Origin: Octopus vulgaris
Taxonomy: Eukaryota
Reading direction: 5' to 3'
Assembly (NCBI GenBank): GCA_951406725.2
Contig: OX597819.1
Span: 3,782,001-3,846,000 of the forward strand
DNA length: 64,000 nucleotides
The notes below the pieces were generated by a model that was not told the DNA's origin, did not search any database, and was given only the letters and a program-made list of their open reading frames with translations. Made by a program: the position numbers and the translations under genes. Shown in pieces: positions 13,223-28,667 of this stretch (position 1 is its first letter; every line of letters begins with the position of its first letter).

Positions 13223-13435
13223 ATGGTGGGAGCTGGCAGAATTGATAGCATTCTTGACGAAATGCTTAGTGGTATTTCACCCGTTGCCACTATCTAAATT
13301 CAAATTCCGGCGAGGTCGACCCTACTTTTCATCCTTTCGGAGTCGATAAAGCAAGTACAAGCTAAACACTGGAGACAATGTAATCGACTCATCCCCTCAC
13401 CCAAAATTGCTGCCCTTGTGGCAAAATTTAAAGCC

Positions 13436-13436
<1 letters not shown>
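13223..13436 (+). mobile_element. SINE family B
   Basis: ggtgggagctggcagaattg...cttttcatcctttcggagtcgataaa...aaaattgctgcccttgtggcaaaattt. Confidence 0.85.
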
Positions 13437-13490
<54 letters not shown>

Positions 13491-13527
13491 TAATAATAAT
13501 AATAATAATAATAATGATAATAATAAT

Positions 13528-13786
13528 ATGGCTTACCATCCCTGCAAGAAGTGCAAAAGATTGTCTTAACTGGTACATCACACGTATTGAGAAGAGCATT
13601 GTCGATGTGAGAACTGTTGCTGCTCATGTATTTTAATTTAACTTAAAAAAAAAAAAAAAAAAAAAATGAACGAACTATTGAGTTTGGTTTAATGGCCTAC
13701 CCATGTATACTATGAGTTTCTTTGCCCTAGGAGTCGGGAAGACACTCGGCAAGAAATGGAAGCAAATTTGAAAGAAGAAAAAAAAA

Positions 13787-13790
<4 letters not shown>
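13528..13790 (+). mobile_element. 5'-truncated R4/Dong-like LINE 3' end inserted in (TAA)n
   Basis: Open C-terminal peptide GLPSLQEVQKIVLTGTSHVLRRALSM-stop (13530-13610), resembling R4/Dong ORF ends, plus about 180 nt of 3' UTR. Flanked on both sides by long (AAT)n. Confidence 0.82.
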
Positions 13791-13841
<51 letters not shown>

Positions 13842-13846
13842 TGATG

Positions 13847-13886
<40 letters not shown>

Positions 13887-14576
13887 TGATAAACTTCTTG
13901 AATTAAAAAGTAGTATCTTGAGTAAAATGCTACTTTGGAATATCAGGTCATCTGACTAAATTTCAGTAGCGATGATAGTTTTGATGCTAAGAATTGAACT
14001 GTCAACTTCGATTTTATTTTGGGTAAAATATGAACGTTTCCGAATCCACTAATGTAAGCAGAGCATTGCACCTAAGCAAAACAATATGTTAAAATGTTAT
14101 ACAACAGAAGATATTGGCAGCCTGTTTCGAAAAGTAGTCTTCTACATCATGATTTATCAGTAAGAGTCTAAAGTGCAATATTTATGTGCTAGCTGCTTTG
14201 TTAAATTCAACTCTGGCGAAATAAGGAACTCCAAACACAAAAAAGAAAACCACTTGGGCAGAGGTACTTTATCTCTTTTTTTTTTCATCAGTTCACCAGT
14301 TTCACATTTAAACAGTCATAGTTCAATTACCGTGAACATTAGGTCATGCTATTTGTTTTGGTGCATCCAGTCAGTTGACTTCGTATTGTCTTTACGCATT
14401 TAGTCGACCGTATCGATCCCGGTTACTATTTCAGTCGGCTACATTTTATCGGTCTGTATTTATTTTTAGAAAGAGAGAAGAGAGTGAGAAAGAGAGAAGA
14501 GAGTGAGAGAGACAGAAGGAGAGAGGGAGGAGAGAGAGAAATAGGGCGACAAAGATGCATATAATATATATATATG

Positions 14577-14628
<52 letters not shown>

Positions 14629-15172
14629 TTAATACTTAACAAATAAATATTGATATATATCTATATACACACGTGTGTGTGTGCGTGTGTGCCTGCGTTT
14701 GTGTGTGTATGTGTGTGTACTACGATACTCAACGTCAATTAATTTCTATTCTCAAGAATAGAATTTAATAGACAATCCGAGGTTGTACCATATACTTGCC
14801 CAAGCTGCCATGGAATAAGATCGAAACTAGATAGACGTGGTCGCAGAGTGAACTTTAGCAGAAGTGAAGAAATTTAAAGTATTTTGTAAGAAAGAGAATA
14901 TTCAATTCTATGTTTGTGATTCAGTCCTGTAGTAATGTTTGACACTATATTTTCATAATATAGTCAGTCTTTAAATTTGATTTTCCAGGAAGTTGTTTGG
15001 GAAGTACAATCATTTCTTAGTTAGTAGAATGTAATTGGTCAATGTTATTCTAAACTAATAAAGGAGAATAAAAGAGAAGTAGATTGTCGTAATACTTCGA
15101 ATGCTGAAGTTCATCTATTCACCAGAAACTTACATTTCACAACTATATTCCGATTATCACTTATTGTTATAT

Positions 15173-15393
15173 ACTCTCTTTTTCTTTTTTACTTGTTTCA
15201 GTCATTTGACTGCGGCCATGCTGGAGCACCGCCTTTAATGGAGCAACTCGACCCCGGAACTTATTCTTTGTAAGCCCAGTACTTATTCTATCGGTCTCTT
15301 TTGCCGAACTGCTAAGTGACGGGGACGTAAACACACCAGCATCGGTTGTCAAGTAATGCTAGGGGGACAAACACAGATACACAAACACACACA

Positions 15394-15426
<33 letters not shown>

Positions 15427-15574
15427 CGACAGGCTTCTTTCAGTTTCCGTCTACCAAATCCACTCACAAGGCATTGGTCGGCCCGGGGCTATAGCAGAAG
15501 ACACCTGCCCAAGATGGGGCTGAACCCGGAACCATGTGGTTGGTTAGCAAGCTACTTACCACACAGCCACTCCT
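15173..15574 (-). mobile_element. SINE family A, near full length
   Basis: Reverse complement of the 32003-32403 copy; central (CA)/(TA) microsatellite. Confidence 0.92.
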
Positions 15575-16784
15575 TTTGATTTGGGTTAAAAATTCTCCAT
15601 AATAAAAATATTTTACTTTGATGTTATTGCTCTATTGATGCAGCTTATGTGTTTAAATATATTTCAGTTTTTATTATTGAATTTTCAGCTAATGTTACTA
15701 TTACTATTACCTTAACTTAGCTATTATGCAGTATGATTAACATAATTCTAGCTATGTTCTACTTTGTCATGCATTTAGCTCATTTGCACATCCGATTTTT
15801 TTCAGCCGCTTCATCACTGGAAAACTGCATACTAGAATATAAAAAATGCTGCATTACACGATTTCTCTAGAAATGTCTCCTCAGTAAAATACAATCAATA
15901 AGCAATTTCCTTTGATATTAAATACACATAAGTGGGAATATAATTGGCTACAACTTTTTTTATAGTTTAAACATATATATGAAGAAAATTGCGTGCGTGA
16001 AAGCTGTGTAAATGAAAATATTCACCAGAATCGAAACAAAAAATTTACACAAATATCATTGCCGTTAATATATTTAAAATAACAGATATTCCTGTTTTTT
16101 GTTTGTTTTAAAGTATCGACCACAGAAGAATGGAAAGCACAATTGACCAAGGTCGGATACGAAAGCGTTGTAACTAAATACTGCAAGATATTTTATCTGT
16201 GTCAATTTTGAAAATATAAATTATATTTTCGAACTTAGGAAGAATACCGAAAATTTAAAGGGCCGCTTATTCGGTCGCAGGACTTAATGATCCTGGCTTT
16301 TATCAATCTAAAACAACTTACTGGAGACTAAAAATTAAAGACCGGCTAAATTGTAAAAACATAAAGAGTAAAATTAACGCCGGTGAGGTTTGAAAGCAGA
16401 ATACAAAGAGCCGAAAGAAACAGTGTAAGGTAAATTTGTCCAACGCTCTAATGGGCATCCCAATCAACCACTCTATAATATTTCAGTGTAGAATAATGAA
16501 ATCTGACAAAAAACTTTTCCACAAAAAACTGTATATTACACGCTTTTACTAAATATCTTATTCTGAAACAGAACACTGTAAAAGACTCTTACTTTTTTTC
16601 TTATACACTGAAATTATTCACAAAAAATGAACATTGTATTCTAACCCAATTTTTCTCTTTTTTTATTTTAAAAAAAGAACTTTCACCTAATTAAATACAC
16701 TCTCCCTTACTTAAATTATTTTGTCAGCATTTTCTTCATTTCCTTTTTTTATATATCACAACTCGTGTTCCACATCTCCTTTTT

Positions 16785-16825
<41 letters not shown>

Positions 16826-17012
16826 ATGAGAAATAGGGATAAGAATATATTATAGTTCCTACGCGCGGTTCCCAATAATTCTTGCTTGGTGTCCTGCGAC
16901 AGGTTTTCAATGTGCATTTAGGATCACGACTAAGTTATCTGTAACCCATTGCAAAATGGATTAAGATTATGTAAGTGAACCTCTTGACATAATAGTAACA
17001 GTCGTACATCTA

Positions 17013-17237
17013 TCTTTTTTATCTAGTTTCTGTCATTTGACTGCGGCCATGCCGAAGCACTACCTTAAAAGGTTTAAGTTGAAGAAATCGACCCCGAGAC
17101 ATTCTTTGTAAGACTTATTTAGTACTTATTCTAATTTTGCCAAACCGCTAAGTTAGGGAGACGCAAACACATCATCAGTTGTCAAGCGATAGTGGGGGAA
17201 CAAACTGGTATAAAGACACACAAATAAATAAATATAC

Positions 17238-17269
<32 letters not shown>

Positions 17270-17452
17270 CTATATATATATATATATATCTATATATATA
17301 TATACGACGAGCTTCTTTCGGTTTATGTTTACTAAATCCTCTCATGACGCTTTGCTCGACCCAAAAGACATTTACCCAAGGTGCCACGCAGTGGGAGTGA
17401 ACCCAGAACCATGTGGAAGGGAAGCAAGCTTCTTATCACACTGCCACGCTTG
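17013..17452 (-). mobile_element. SINE family A, diverged
   Basis: gtcatttgactgcggccatgc tail through agcaagcttcttatcacactgccac head. Confidence 0.85.
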
Positions 17453-17537
<85 letters not shown>

Positions 17538-17689
17538 GCAAACATATATATTAAGTATATATAATGAGTATATATTGGCTTATTGGTGGAGCTCCGACGT
17601 TTGGCTATGAGAATTCAGCTGTCTGATTAATTAAATATGTGTAGAATTAATTAACAACCACAGACACATATACTCTGAACATAATTCTT

Positions 17690-17915
17690 TAAGGTGAAGC
17701 AGGTGATCCAGTGTGTGACAAGGCTGCATTTTTGAATTACAGGTATAATCCACCCGACTGGCTATTTTACAATTCCTGCGTACTCAATTTTACTTATTAT
17801 GTCATAGAAAATGTCATTAGTGTACGTTTCCATTCAGTTGAATCGAACGCGAGACCTTGTGTCTGCGAAGCGAAGTTTTTAACCGTTCGGCCATACAACG
17901 GTTACTATGAGTACA
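17690..17915 (-). mobile_element. Degraded SINE family C
   Basis: gtgtgacaaggctg..ttgaattacaggta matches 3270-3305; decayed tRNA-like head near 17850-17915. Confidence 0.55.
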
Positions 17916-17995
17916 CATGCACAAACGCATGCGCTGTATCCCCCTCTTATTATGTAGAGAGGGAGACGAAAGAGTGCACGAATGAAAGAGAGACG

Positions 17996-18029
<34 letters not shown>

Positions 18030-18939
18030 AAACTCACATATAATTGATTCACAATTGAATGCAATGTTTACTTAATATCAACGTTCACATTTCTAATGAA
18101 GTAACCTATTGGAGGAACTATCGTTTATCTCAGAGATTTGGCTTAGGAATAGATAAATGGGAAGCTATGATACTACTGCCTTTTCCAGTGATATTAATTT
18201 GGGAAATCATAATGTAGTCCCGCTGAAAAGATGTTAGAGAGGATGAGTATTTCATCGTTTTTAGCAAGACACTTTTCATTTTCAATGAATAAGAGTATTG
18301 TTTTTGACAATTGCTAAATATTGGAAACTATGCCGAGTCGCTAAATGAACACAGCTATTCGACACCCACTTAAGCCACAGAAAGTTTGATGTAATGTACA
18401 TTATATTAAGAAAACAAACATCCATATCAATGTTGAAGGCTGCCAGAAATCTAGGCATTCAAAGCAATTTTCCAAGAATGTAACAACAAACTAATTTTAA
18501 GTTGATTCAATTTGAGATATGTTGGGAAAACAAATTAGATACATTTTAGAGTTGAAGTTTGTCTATATACAAATGTGTAGACATATTTGTTCTAATAGAC
18601 GTGTTTGTAGTCTGAAATATCGATAAAAAAATATACATTTCTTACTTTCGGTATAAAAAGTAATAGATTCACATCAGCAGTATACAAACTACAAATCATA
18701 TCTGCGTCCTTTCAAATCTACTCGCATTTCATTGTTGCTTTATATTTTTTTTACATTCTTCTATATATATTGTTGCATTCCTTCCTTAATTATCTCCAAC
18801 AAACAGATTCCATAGCAATATATATTGTTCACGATTGTTTAGCCTTTCCTGAAAGTCTTTAATTTGGCTCGTATTACTATCGTTCTTTTGTTGTATTATT
18901 CACTATCTTTTATGATATTCCAAGGATTTTGTCAAGATA

Positions 18940-19300
18940 CATAATTAAAGCCTAATTTAAATTTTGAGATAACTTTTCTTGTTTCTAATCCAAGAGAGAT
19001 CACTACTCTTTTCAAATTATTGAACAATATCACATACTTTCTGGACAATGTAATTATTCCCGAGGAATTCAAAACAGCATTTCAAAACCCACACAGCAGC
19101 TGCAACTATTATTTATTATAATTACCAACCGATTAAACTAACACCAATCATTAGTGACTGCGGTCGTGAAAACCACTCCAACCCACTACGACAAGAATTT
19201 CTCTCGCAAGTTAAACCAATACATGTGATGCACTCTAATAATCCTATTTACGAAGTTGAATACATAATGAGGAAGTACCTTTTTCTTACGTACAAAGTTC
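18940..19300 (+). mobile_element. Possible highly degraded Penelope-like ORF fragment
   Basis: Weak motifs LKPNLNF and KLTPIISDCG (compare LRPIIS..G). Heavily decayed. Confidence 0.3.
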
Positions 19301-20059
19301 TATTATTTTTGAACAACCCTTATTTCAATAATAGAATCAAAAGCAACTCTCTCAATATGTTTGTCATACGATAAAGAAAAGTGTCAGATTTCAAGATAAT
19401 ACTGTTTCTACATAGCCCGACCATGTCCCTGCAGCCTCATATTAAGAGAAATAAGAGACCGACGTTTTTAAGAACCGGGCTAAATGTATAATCATGTTAC
19501 AAAATATAAACAAATTTAATATGTATTTATAAATTCAGATGATGAAACCACGAAAACGAATGGATATGAGCAAAAAGCAAACACATCATATAATACAGAA
19601 TTCAAATTATTTAGCTCTGCTTCAGTTATAACCTATGTGTGGAACAAATATGAATTCATTTAATCTTAAATATTTTAATTTATAAATGATATTAGTACCA
19701 CATACCTATCCTCACTGACATCTGTCTGGTAATTGCATATCTCAAATGATGCCAAACATCGAAAACATATAAACAGAAAGACGTGTGTACCTATCTGCTA
19801 GGAATAGCTGTCAAATCTCTCAAATCACACACCGTTTTAACATAAAAAAGACGGAAGAATTTCGATTATGAAGTCAAAGGTATACTATATCGAAAAAGGA
19901 AAACACTTGATGATCCTGTATATAATGACTTTGATACTTGTTCTACTCAATCTGGACTGAGAAATAATTCATTTATTCGAAGAACAACTTAAATTCTAAA
20001 GAATTGTCTAAAATATTTCATTTTCACACATGGATGAAATAAACTGAAGGTGAATAATG

Positions 20060-20260
20060 GTTTCAAATTTTGGCACAAAACCAACAATTTCAGGGTCGAT
20101 CATATCGACTCCCTGCTGTTTTTATTTTATCGACCATTAAAAGGTCGATAGGCAAAGCCGACCCAGGCGGTACTTGGAGTAAGAACCTAAAACGACGGAA
20201 GATATGATTCTAAGAATATTTTTCAGCGGCTAACGATTCTACCATATCTCCTAACTTTGA
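20060..20260 (-). mobile_element. SINE family B, degraded
   Basis: ggtttcaaattttggcacaa...ttattttatcgacc...gctaacgattctacc. Confidence 0.65.
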
Positions 20261-20734
20261 CCAATCCAGAAAATGCAAAATTGTCGGTTTATATCTAATT
20301 ATTTCAGTTAGTTCATAAGAAAGCCTCGTCAGAATTGCAAATATGTTAATATATGTAACAGAAGCAACACAGCCTGAGAGTTTCTTTAGTTGACAATTAT
20401 AACGACACTCGACTGCAGACGAAATACACGATGAGAGAATTAGATAAATTATGAACCAATATATTTGAATGATTATTCAAAATGAAAATTCTTGAAATCA
20501 TATAGATAATCAAAATATACTTTTATTAACGTCAGCTGTATAGACATATAAATTTACAATTCTTCAATGTACAATAGTCATCTGGAACAAAGACAATCGT
20601 AGAGAACACAATACGTTTTATTTTGTTATTTGTCTTAAATGATGCTCTTCTATATGATGACAAATAGCAGGTACTGACAAATACTCACGTATGACAAACA
20701 TACACACACATACATATACATACATACATACATA

Positions 20735-20787
<53 letters not shown>

Positions 20788-20804
20788 GTGGGTATGTGTT
20801 TATG

Positions 20805-20857
<53 letters not shown>

Positions 20858-21461
20858 GTGTGTATGTGCGTATCAGATGTAAATTTTGGATATAATAATA
20901 ATAACATTTCCAGTATCTCCTCCTGCGTCGGATAAACACGCTTTGGCTTCTTTTGTATTACACTGGTCGTAAAAAGCGTGTATTTTCCCTTTGTCTTCAC
21001 TATTGCTTTGGACTAGCCTCCAATGATTAGCTATGTAGATTTATTTTTCTTATTTGATTTGTCTCTCTCTCTGTGTCTTTGTTACTTTCACTTGAGTATA
21101 TGTATATCAAAATTTTGTCTTGTCTAGTGTCTCTTAACCGCCACGAAATAGTGAAGCCTATTTTCTTTTGTCTCGACTTACCCGAATCTATCCTTATTAA
21201 TAGCAATTAGGGTTGGTAGCATAGACTTTGGATGGATAAGTAGTTACATCTTAAATGCCGAAACTGCTAGTTCCGAACTGAAAAGGGACTTAAAAAAAAA
21301 AACTGATGAAAAAAAATTCGCCAGTTGTTCCTGTATTTGTCTCGTGGTGCCTTTCTCGTGTGTTGGCATGCTAGCAGTTGGTTTTGTTGCTGTAGTGTAT
21401 TATAGAACATATCCATAGTGTTTCGGTGCTGGTGGCGGAACAACTAAGTATGTTACAACGA

Positions 21462-21462
<1 letters not shown>

Positions 21463-21494
<32 letters not shown>

Positions 21495-21651
21495 TGTATG
21501 TATGTATATATATATAGTTATATATATATATGTGTGTGTGTGCGCGGATAATACATACATACACATATATATATACATATATATATATACATTCATATAA
21601 ATATATATGTATATATATATATGTATGTATATATATATATACATATAAATA

Positions 21652-21718
<67 letters not shown>

Positions 21719-21723
21719 GTATG

Positions 21724-21754
<31 letters not shown>

Positions 21755-21830
21755 GTATGTATGTATATATATATATATATACATATATACTCAAATATAT
21801 GCAAATAGTACACATATATACACATACAAA
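21463..21830. repeat. (TATG)n/(TA)n compound microsatellite
   Basis: Seen directly. Confidence 0.95.
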
Positions 21831-22850
21831 ATCTTTGTAACCCTTTCTCAATGAATATGCATCCGTGTGCGTACGTGTGTGTATGTATGTGTGTGTATAT
21901 TTATATCTATCTATCTATCTATCTATCTATTTATCTATCTATATATGTTATATATAGTGTTTGTGTGTGTGTGTGTGTGTATATATGTGTGTGTGTGTGC
22001 ATCAATACTTACAAACCTACACACACACACACATATATATTGAATAGACGTAGGCTTGGAGTGCTATGTTCGAATTAATATTTCTTTGAGAGTAAGTTCT
22101 TTTGCATTTTATAGGTTTTCATACGTATATATATTGGTTCTCACATCAAAAATTACTAAAGTAAGACAAAAGGGTAACAAATGGCAATTACTATATACAA
22201 AATGCAAAGTTTATCTTAAACAAAAATGACCATGTCTTACACGTTATTAATATAAAATAAATATATGATGCGAAAACTGCGTTAAAAAATGAAAAGCGTC
22301 TGTTCGTGAAAACATAATTTATATAAAGAGATAATAGACATTTTGTAAAGAGATTGCAGCTAGGACCAATTTTACTATAATTTTGTTGCTGTATAATTCT
22401 AGCATATTTAAGACTTAAAACCGGGAAATGTTATTTGTTAGGTTTAATTGTATACCATTAAACAGGAATAGAAAAAAAATGTTTGCTTTTTGAAAAATCT
22501 CATATAAAATGTTCACTTGTTTACATTATGACAAGAAAATATTTTATGAAGACAGATGTTATTCAAAATTTTACCTGTCAAATAAAACAGTTGATTAAAG
22601 GATGTATACTGCACATATGCTTATAAAGAAATTTACTACATCTAAATAAAGAGGAAATACTAAATCAATTTAATAATGTAATCTTTTAATTGCAGGAAAT
22701 AAACAGTTTTGATATTTTTAATTTTTAGTTATACATGTTTCTTTCAATGCTTTTTGCATAAATTTATACTATCAATTTGGTAAATTGCTTATAAATTTAC
22801 AAGCTGCGTTGCTTTGAAGATATATACATGCATATATATATATGTATATA

Positions 22851-22893
<43 letters not shown>

Positions 22894-23078
22894 TATGTAT
22901 GTGTTTTATATATATATTTAAACATATATACCTATATCATGTATGTGTTATATATATATATTATATTTGTATATATGTGCATATATATCGATATGTGGGT
23001 TTACATACACACATACAAAACCCTCCCCCACATGCATATTCGTAAATATGTAAAACTTTACGCGTGCACACGCACACG

Positions 23079-23133
<55 letters not shown>

Positions 23134-24664
23134 GCACATATAAAGAAAATTAGTGCAGCAGAAATATTTTGCTGATTAATTGAGCTCTATTAATTTTGTA
23201 TATATTAATTTTTTAAAGATAATATAATATAACATTTATAGAAACTTAACAATATCATCCAATTTATGTTGCTAAATTTTAGAAACTTTGCATATAGTCA
23301 CTTTATGAAGGTTGCTTTTTTACTCTTAGCCCATTGACAACCATACATGCTTCAATGATTTCTCGACAATCTGCAAACAGACAGCAAATGGAAGGTGAGA
23401 TTATCTCAGTCATCAATGGGTGGATAGTAATACGTTTGAGGATTAGGTTTTTAGTACAAATCTCACTTCTCTACAAATCCTGTAATGAGCTAAATTCCTT
23501 ATCAAGGTCATAGTTAATTCCCAGTATTAAATAGTTTGCACTAAATAAGCCATATAAAATAGTTATGAGAGTTTCTAATAAAGCCATGACAGAAACCATT
23601 CAGTAAAAACTGGAATCTTTCTGGAACATACAATTCTAACATGCTTTGAATTTCAAAAAGTGATTTCTACTCTGCCTGAACAAATTACCAAAGATAGTTT
23701 CAACATTTTCTAGTCATTGCCTTACAGAGGACCCATTATAAATGCGTAACAATTAAACTCCTATTGTGATACTTACATTCTGTATGTACAATGATATTCA
23801 AAATCACATTTTCGCTACTGTTTCTATAGAACCACTTAAACGATAAGAAAATATAACGTTTACCGCATTTTGCAAAATGAAGAATGTTTCAAATTGTGAT
23901 TTGCTATTTTTTGAAATTTTCTTTCCGAGGAATCTACGCAAATGGATTCAACTGATTATCGCTCATGAGCTCTGTGAAATATAATTGTGTCATATTCCAT
24001 TTTTGCATCGATTTTCAGTTCGATATTAGAAAGGAATATTTTTTTGTAATATTGCCATTTATCACTATTGAGAACGCAACAGCTTAAGGAAAACATTGAA
24101 TCTTCATTACATCTTTGAAAATATATTTGCATGATGTATGTATAACATTTTGAATTAAGAAAGTAAGGACATCAGTCCCTTTTCTAACTTGATGACCTGA
24201 AGAAGTCAAATACCTTTACAAATCAATTATGATAGAATTGCAGCAAAAAATGAAGTTGATTGTAAAAATAATCATTGCTGTTCGAACGAATTTTAATCAA
24301 TACATTTTCTTCAACGAGGCAGGATTAATTTCCTCAGGAATCGTGAATGTTTAAATCTCAGCACTTTATATTAAAGACTTTAATTCACAGAAAATAAGTC
24401 TTTCATTTTGACAAGAAAATGAATGAAATGTTATTGAAATACATATAGAGAAACATGGAGTTTAAAACATTCAATTTAAGCAAGATTCATCATCTCATGT
24501 ATTATTAACAGATTTTCTTGACATATGTATTAGAATTTTACAATTGAATATGTCTTAAATGTAACAAAAAATACTTGGCATTGACCAATTTCGTTTATAT
24601 TCGATTATTCCCTCTTTTCTTTTTCTTCTTAAATCGTCTCGCCTCTCCCTCTTCCACTTTATAT

Positions 24665-24800
<136 letters not shown>

Positions 24801-27800
24801 ACTTAGCAATCTCTTTATCTATCTACCTATGTGTCTCTCTGACTCTCTTTCTCTGTGTATGAGTGTATATGCTCGTCGTGTGTGTGTAAACAATATTTTT
24901 TAGTATTTTGGTCGTCAAACTTTTCAAGATTCCTTTGTAGGAGAAAATATGAAAAAATGTATACATCTTTTAAAGTACCCCCACCCAAAAAATAACCCAA
25001 AACGCAATTCAATTTGTGTTGAAGTCAACATTGTATGGATGTATATTTACTTTCTTATACACAGTTTTTTCCTTCATCTTGTATCTATTTCTGTTCCCAT
25101 AAATTTAACTCTTCATAAATCTTATAGAAACCTTGATATGAAAATGCAATATATGTTTCATTCCCAGAACCACCAATGGTGTTACGTTCAAATATTTTCC
25201 ATCTTCAATTCCTATAACATAAATTAAGAATATAGATACAATAGATTTGATATTCCATTCTATATAACACATCAATTTAATACAGCTCTTATATGATTTG
25301 TCAATACAAAACGTTATAATATAGTTAAACTTATAGTGACAAATGTTTGACAAAGATTATGAAATGCATCATCTTTGATGTTGGCTAAAAAAAAAACAGT
25401 ATTGATAGTACGAATCCTTTCATTACTGTATAACTTTCAAATGTGACCTTTATTTCTAGAAAATATAACTACCAAATCTTTCAAAAAATGTCACCGTTCA
25501 CGTTTCCCATTTCATTTTTCAACCTTGAATTACGGAAACATTCATCATGCAATACAGCATATGATACACATTTTTGTGCATTCAGATATGCGCGTGTTCC
25601 GTTATTCCAAGCCGGAGTATGTACGTGAAGAAATAAAGATATACTATATTAAAATATTAAATTCCAACTGTTTAGTGATTAAAGCAACGCACAATCATCT
25701 AACTATATAAATACATGATGTTTGGGTCTTTGACATTCTTCTACTCCTGCCCATATTTGAATTTTAAAAGCAAATTTTCAGAAAAGAATATGTCAGATTC
25801 GTTATCCTCTGGGTTGATTATTGAACTATCGTGAACTGCTTGGTTCAATCAGGCCTAGATAAAATAGGAGGACGATCAATTTAAAGATTCTGCGGCATTT
25901 CTGAGTTCATCTTGTCTTTATATTCAGTTGAGTTGTCCAAATAGTTGGTGTCCAGAATAACTCAAAGCCAAGCATTAACTCTTCAAATTGACTCCGATCC
26001 CCTCCAAGTCAAGATTTCCTTCAAGAATTAAGTTCGATCATATGTATGGGAGTTTCTTTATCCGGAAAGACATTGATTTACAGTAATTGTTGCTTTCATT
26101 AAACAGTATTTACTCTAAACATTGCAAGTTTAATCTAATGATAGCTTACCATATTTTATAATTATGATAAAAAAACGATAACGAGCATATATCTGTTTCC
26201 ATATTTCTAAGTAAATTGCTAATTTGCGATGCACTGAAATATGTAGTAAAAAGAGATAGCAATGCAGAAGGCAGTACTATAAAGACAAAGTATATAAGGT
26301 AAAGATTTAATGTAAAATTCCTAGTTTTCAGATATTTTTACCTAGAAAGAGAATTCCATCGACATGAGTTACAGTTAATAGTTTTAAAAATAAAATGTGA
26401 ATACATTTTTATTACTGGAGACTTGCAGAAAAATGTGCAAGCATTTAGAATTCAGCATAAATGAATTGCTAAGAAGAGCCGATCTTTCGGGGATAAGGTA
26501 AATTAATATTTGTATAAGAACAAATCATGATATCTATAATGATTAACTCCCATGTATAATACTTTAGGTTTATCATACAATTACTTTGACAAAAAGAGTA
26601 CATGATATCTCACATTCTGAGATATACAATTTTGGTTCGACTGAAGATATTCTGCTTATACCTTACATACGTAGTTACTTTTGTAATACAGAGCATGATA
26701 ATCGTATTGCTTTTGAAAATCTTTTGATATATTCGATGTATGTGTGTGTGTGTGTGAGCGTGCGCATGCGACGTGTATGCGTACGTCTGTGCATGTGTGT
26801 CTGCGTCTGTGTGTATGTGTGTGTATGTGTTTTGATCAGAATATATGAGATACCTGTGGGTTTAGAATAGGATTCATATCAAACCTGATTCATTATAGTA
26901 GACTCTTAACCCCTAGTATTTTAAATGGAATCAATTAGAACATTGTTTCCTCCATGAAGAATGTTTAAAAAACATTAGAAAGTTATTTTGTAAAATACAT
27001 GCTTGAATTCTTAAAATACTTATCTTTAAAATGTTTTATAAAACATATGATGCAATTTTTTAAATTGTCTGGTTTTTTTTTTTGTTGATTTCAGTAGAAA
27101 AAGTAAAATATGTGTTTGGTTCTTATGTTTCAAAATTGATATTTTGCCAAAGTATATGGTTCATGAAAGGTGTCAAACCATGCAAGTAAATACGTAAGTC
27201 TAAATATCCTAATTTTTATGGCAATTGGCATATCCACCAGTGGGCTAATAGTGTTAGCCATGGGTAATGATAATCAACATTATTTAATAACCATTTTTTA
27301 ATAGCCAAGCTAAGCACATATTTTAAATTTATTAAATAATTTCCAGAAAGAGTAAAGTTTATACTCGACGTATAACATTGGGCTTATTTCCAATGTCCTT
27401 ATTGGTAGGAAAGGAAATATGAATAATGTTATCCAGCAGGAAATAGGTTGAGAATAAAAGAATCATTGACAGCATTGATGAGCCTTAAACCTTTCATTGC
27501 AATCTCACTGATAATGTATGCAAATGTTACCACAATTAAAACTATATCTCCAATGCATATTGCATTGATTTCCATCTGATTGTAGAATTCGAATACTTAG
27601 AAAAGAATATATATTACAAATATCATATGTTTATATTTTTGGTCATTGTTACTTTATTACTATGCATTCAACATTGATATAATACAAGTCATTGAATTAT
27701 CTAATATCTTATATATGAAACACGTTTCACATTACTCTATTTCTATTATGTTTGCGTGCCATTGTATAAAGGTCACTTGACCATGGAAATTTGATGGACA

Positions 27801-27856
27801 CACAGGGATCTGTTAAATCGCATGTAAGCATAAATATGAAATATAGTCATAGTGTT

Positions 27857-27930
<74 letters not shown>

Positions 27931-28247
27931 ATATATCATCATCATCAACATCTGAAGAAGTGATTAAATAATGTTATAAAATTGAGTAAGAAACTACATT
28001 TTTGCAGATATAAAATATGATTGACATAGAACAAAAAATAAGGTTTCTGTATATAATATTATTTATATTTTAGAAGTTGTACGAATTAATATGGCAGATA
28101 GCAGTTTAAGGAACAGTAATCCATCGAATAAGATAGAGGTTATTTGTTTAAGAATGAAACAAAAATTGCTGATTCTCTCAAAATAAGCCTTATAATTATT
28201 TCCCATTATTCACAGCTAATTTTTCCATGTCTGATTTATAGTGCCAT

Positions 28248-28448
28248 TCAAGTCCATTTTAGTGTGCCTGAAGACAAGAATGTCATTAAATAATAGAAAG
28301 AAACAGCGAAGAATGTCAAATAAAACAGGCGAGGCGGCAATAATGTAACACCGTAACCGTTGGTAATGTGTGTCTCCTCACGGCGATCGGCGGGAACGAT
28401 GATCCGCACATGTGTTGTTGATCGGGTTGTTGTTGGCGTAGATGTGGT
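28248..28448 (-). CDS. Terminal coding exon D (phase 0): Thr-rich stalk plus hydrophobic C-terminus (GPI-signal-like)
   Basis: Acceptor ttcttgtctttatttccAG, then TTSTPTTTRSTTHVRIIVPADRREETHITNGYGVTLLPPRLFYLTFFAVSFYYLMTFLSSGTLKWT-stop. Phase 0 matches the exon C donor. Confidence 0.82.
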   Translation of the reverse strand, partial: TTSTPTTTRSTTHVRIIVPADRREETHITNGYGVTLLPPRLFYLTFFAVSFYYLMTFLSSGTLKWT

Positions 28449-28562
28449 CTGGAAATAAAGACAAGAATTTGTTGTAAATATTTTGAAGATAAATTTCAGT
28501 CGACATTTTAAGACGTATCTATTTAAATATGCATTTGCACACACACACACACGCACACACAC

Positions 28563-28667
<105 letters not shown>

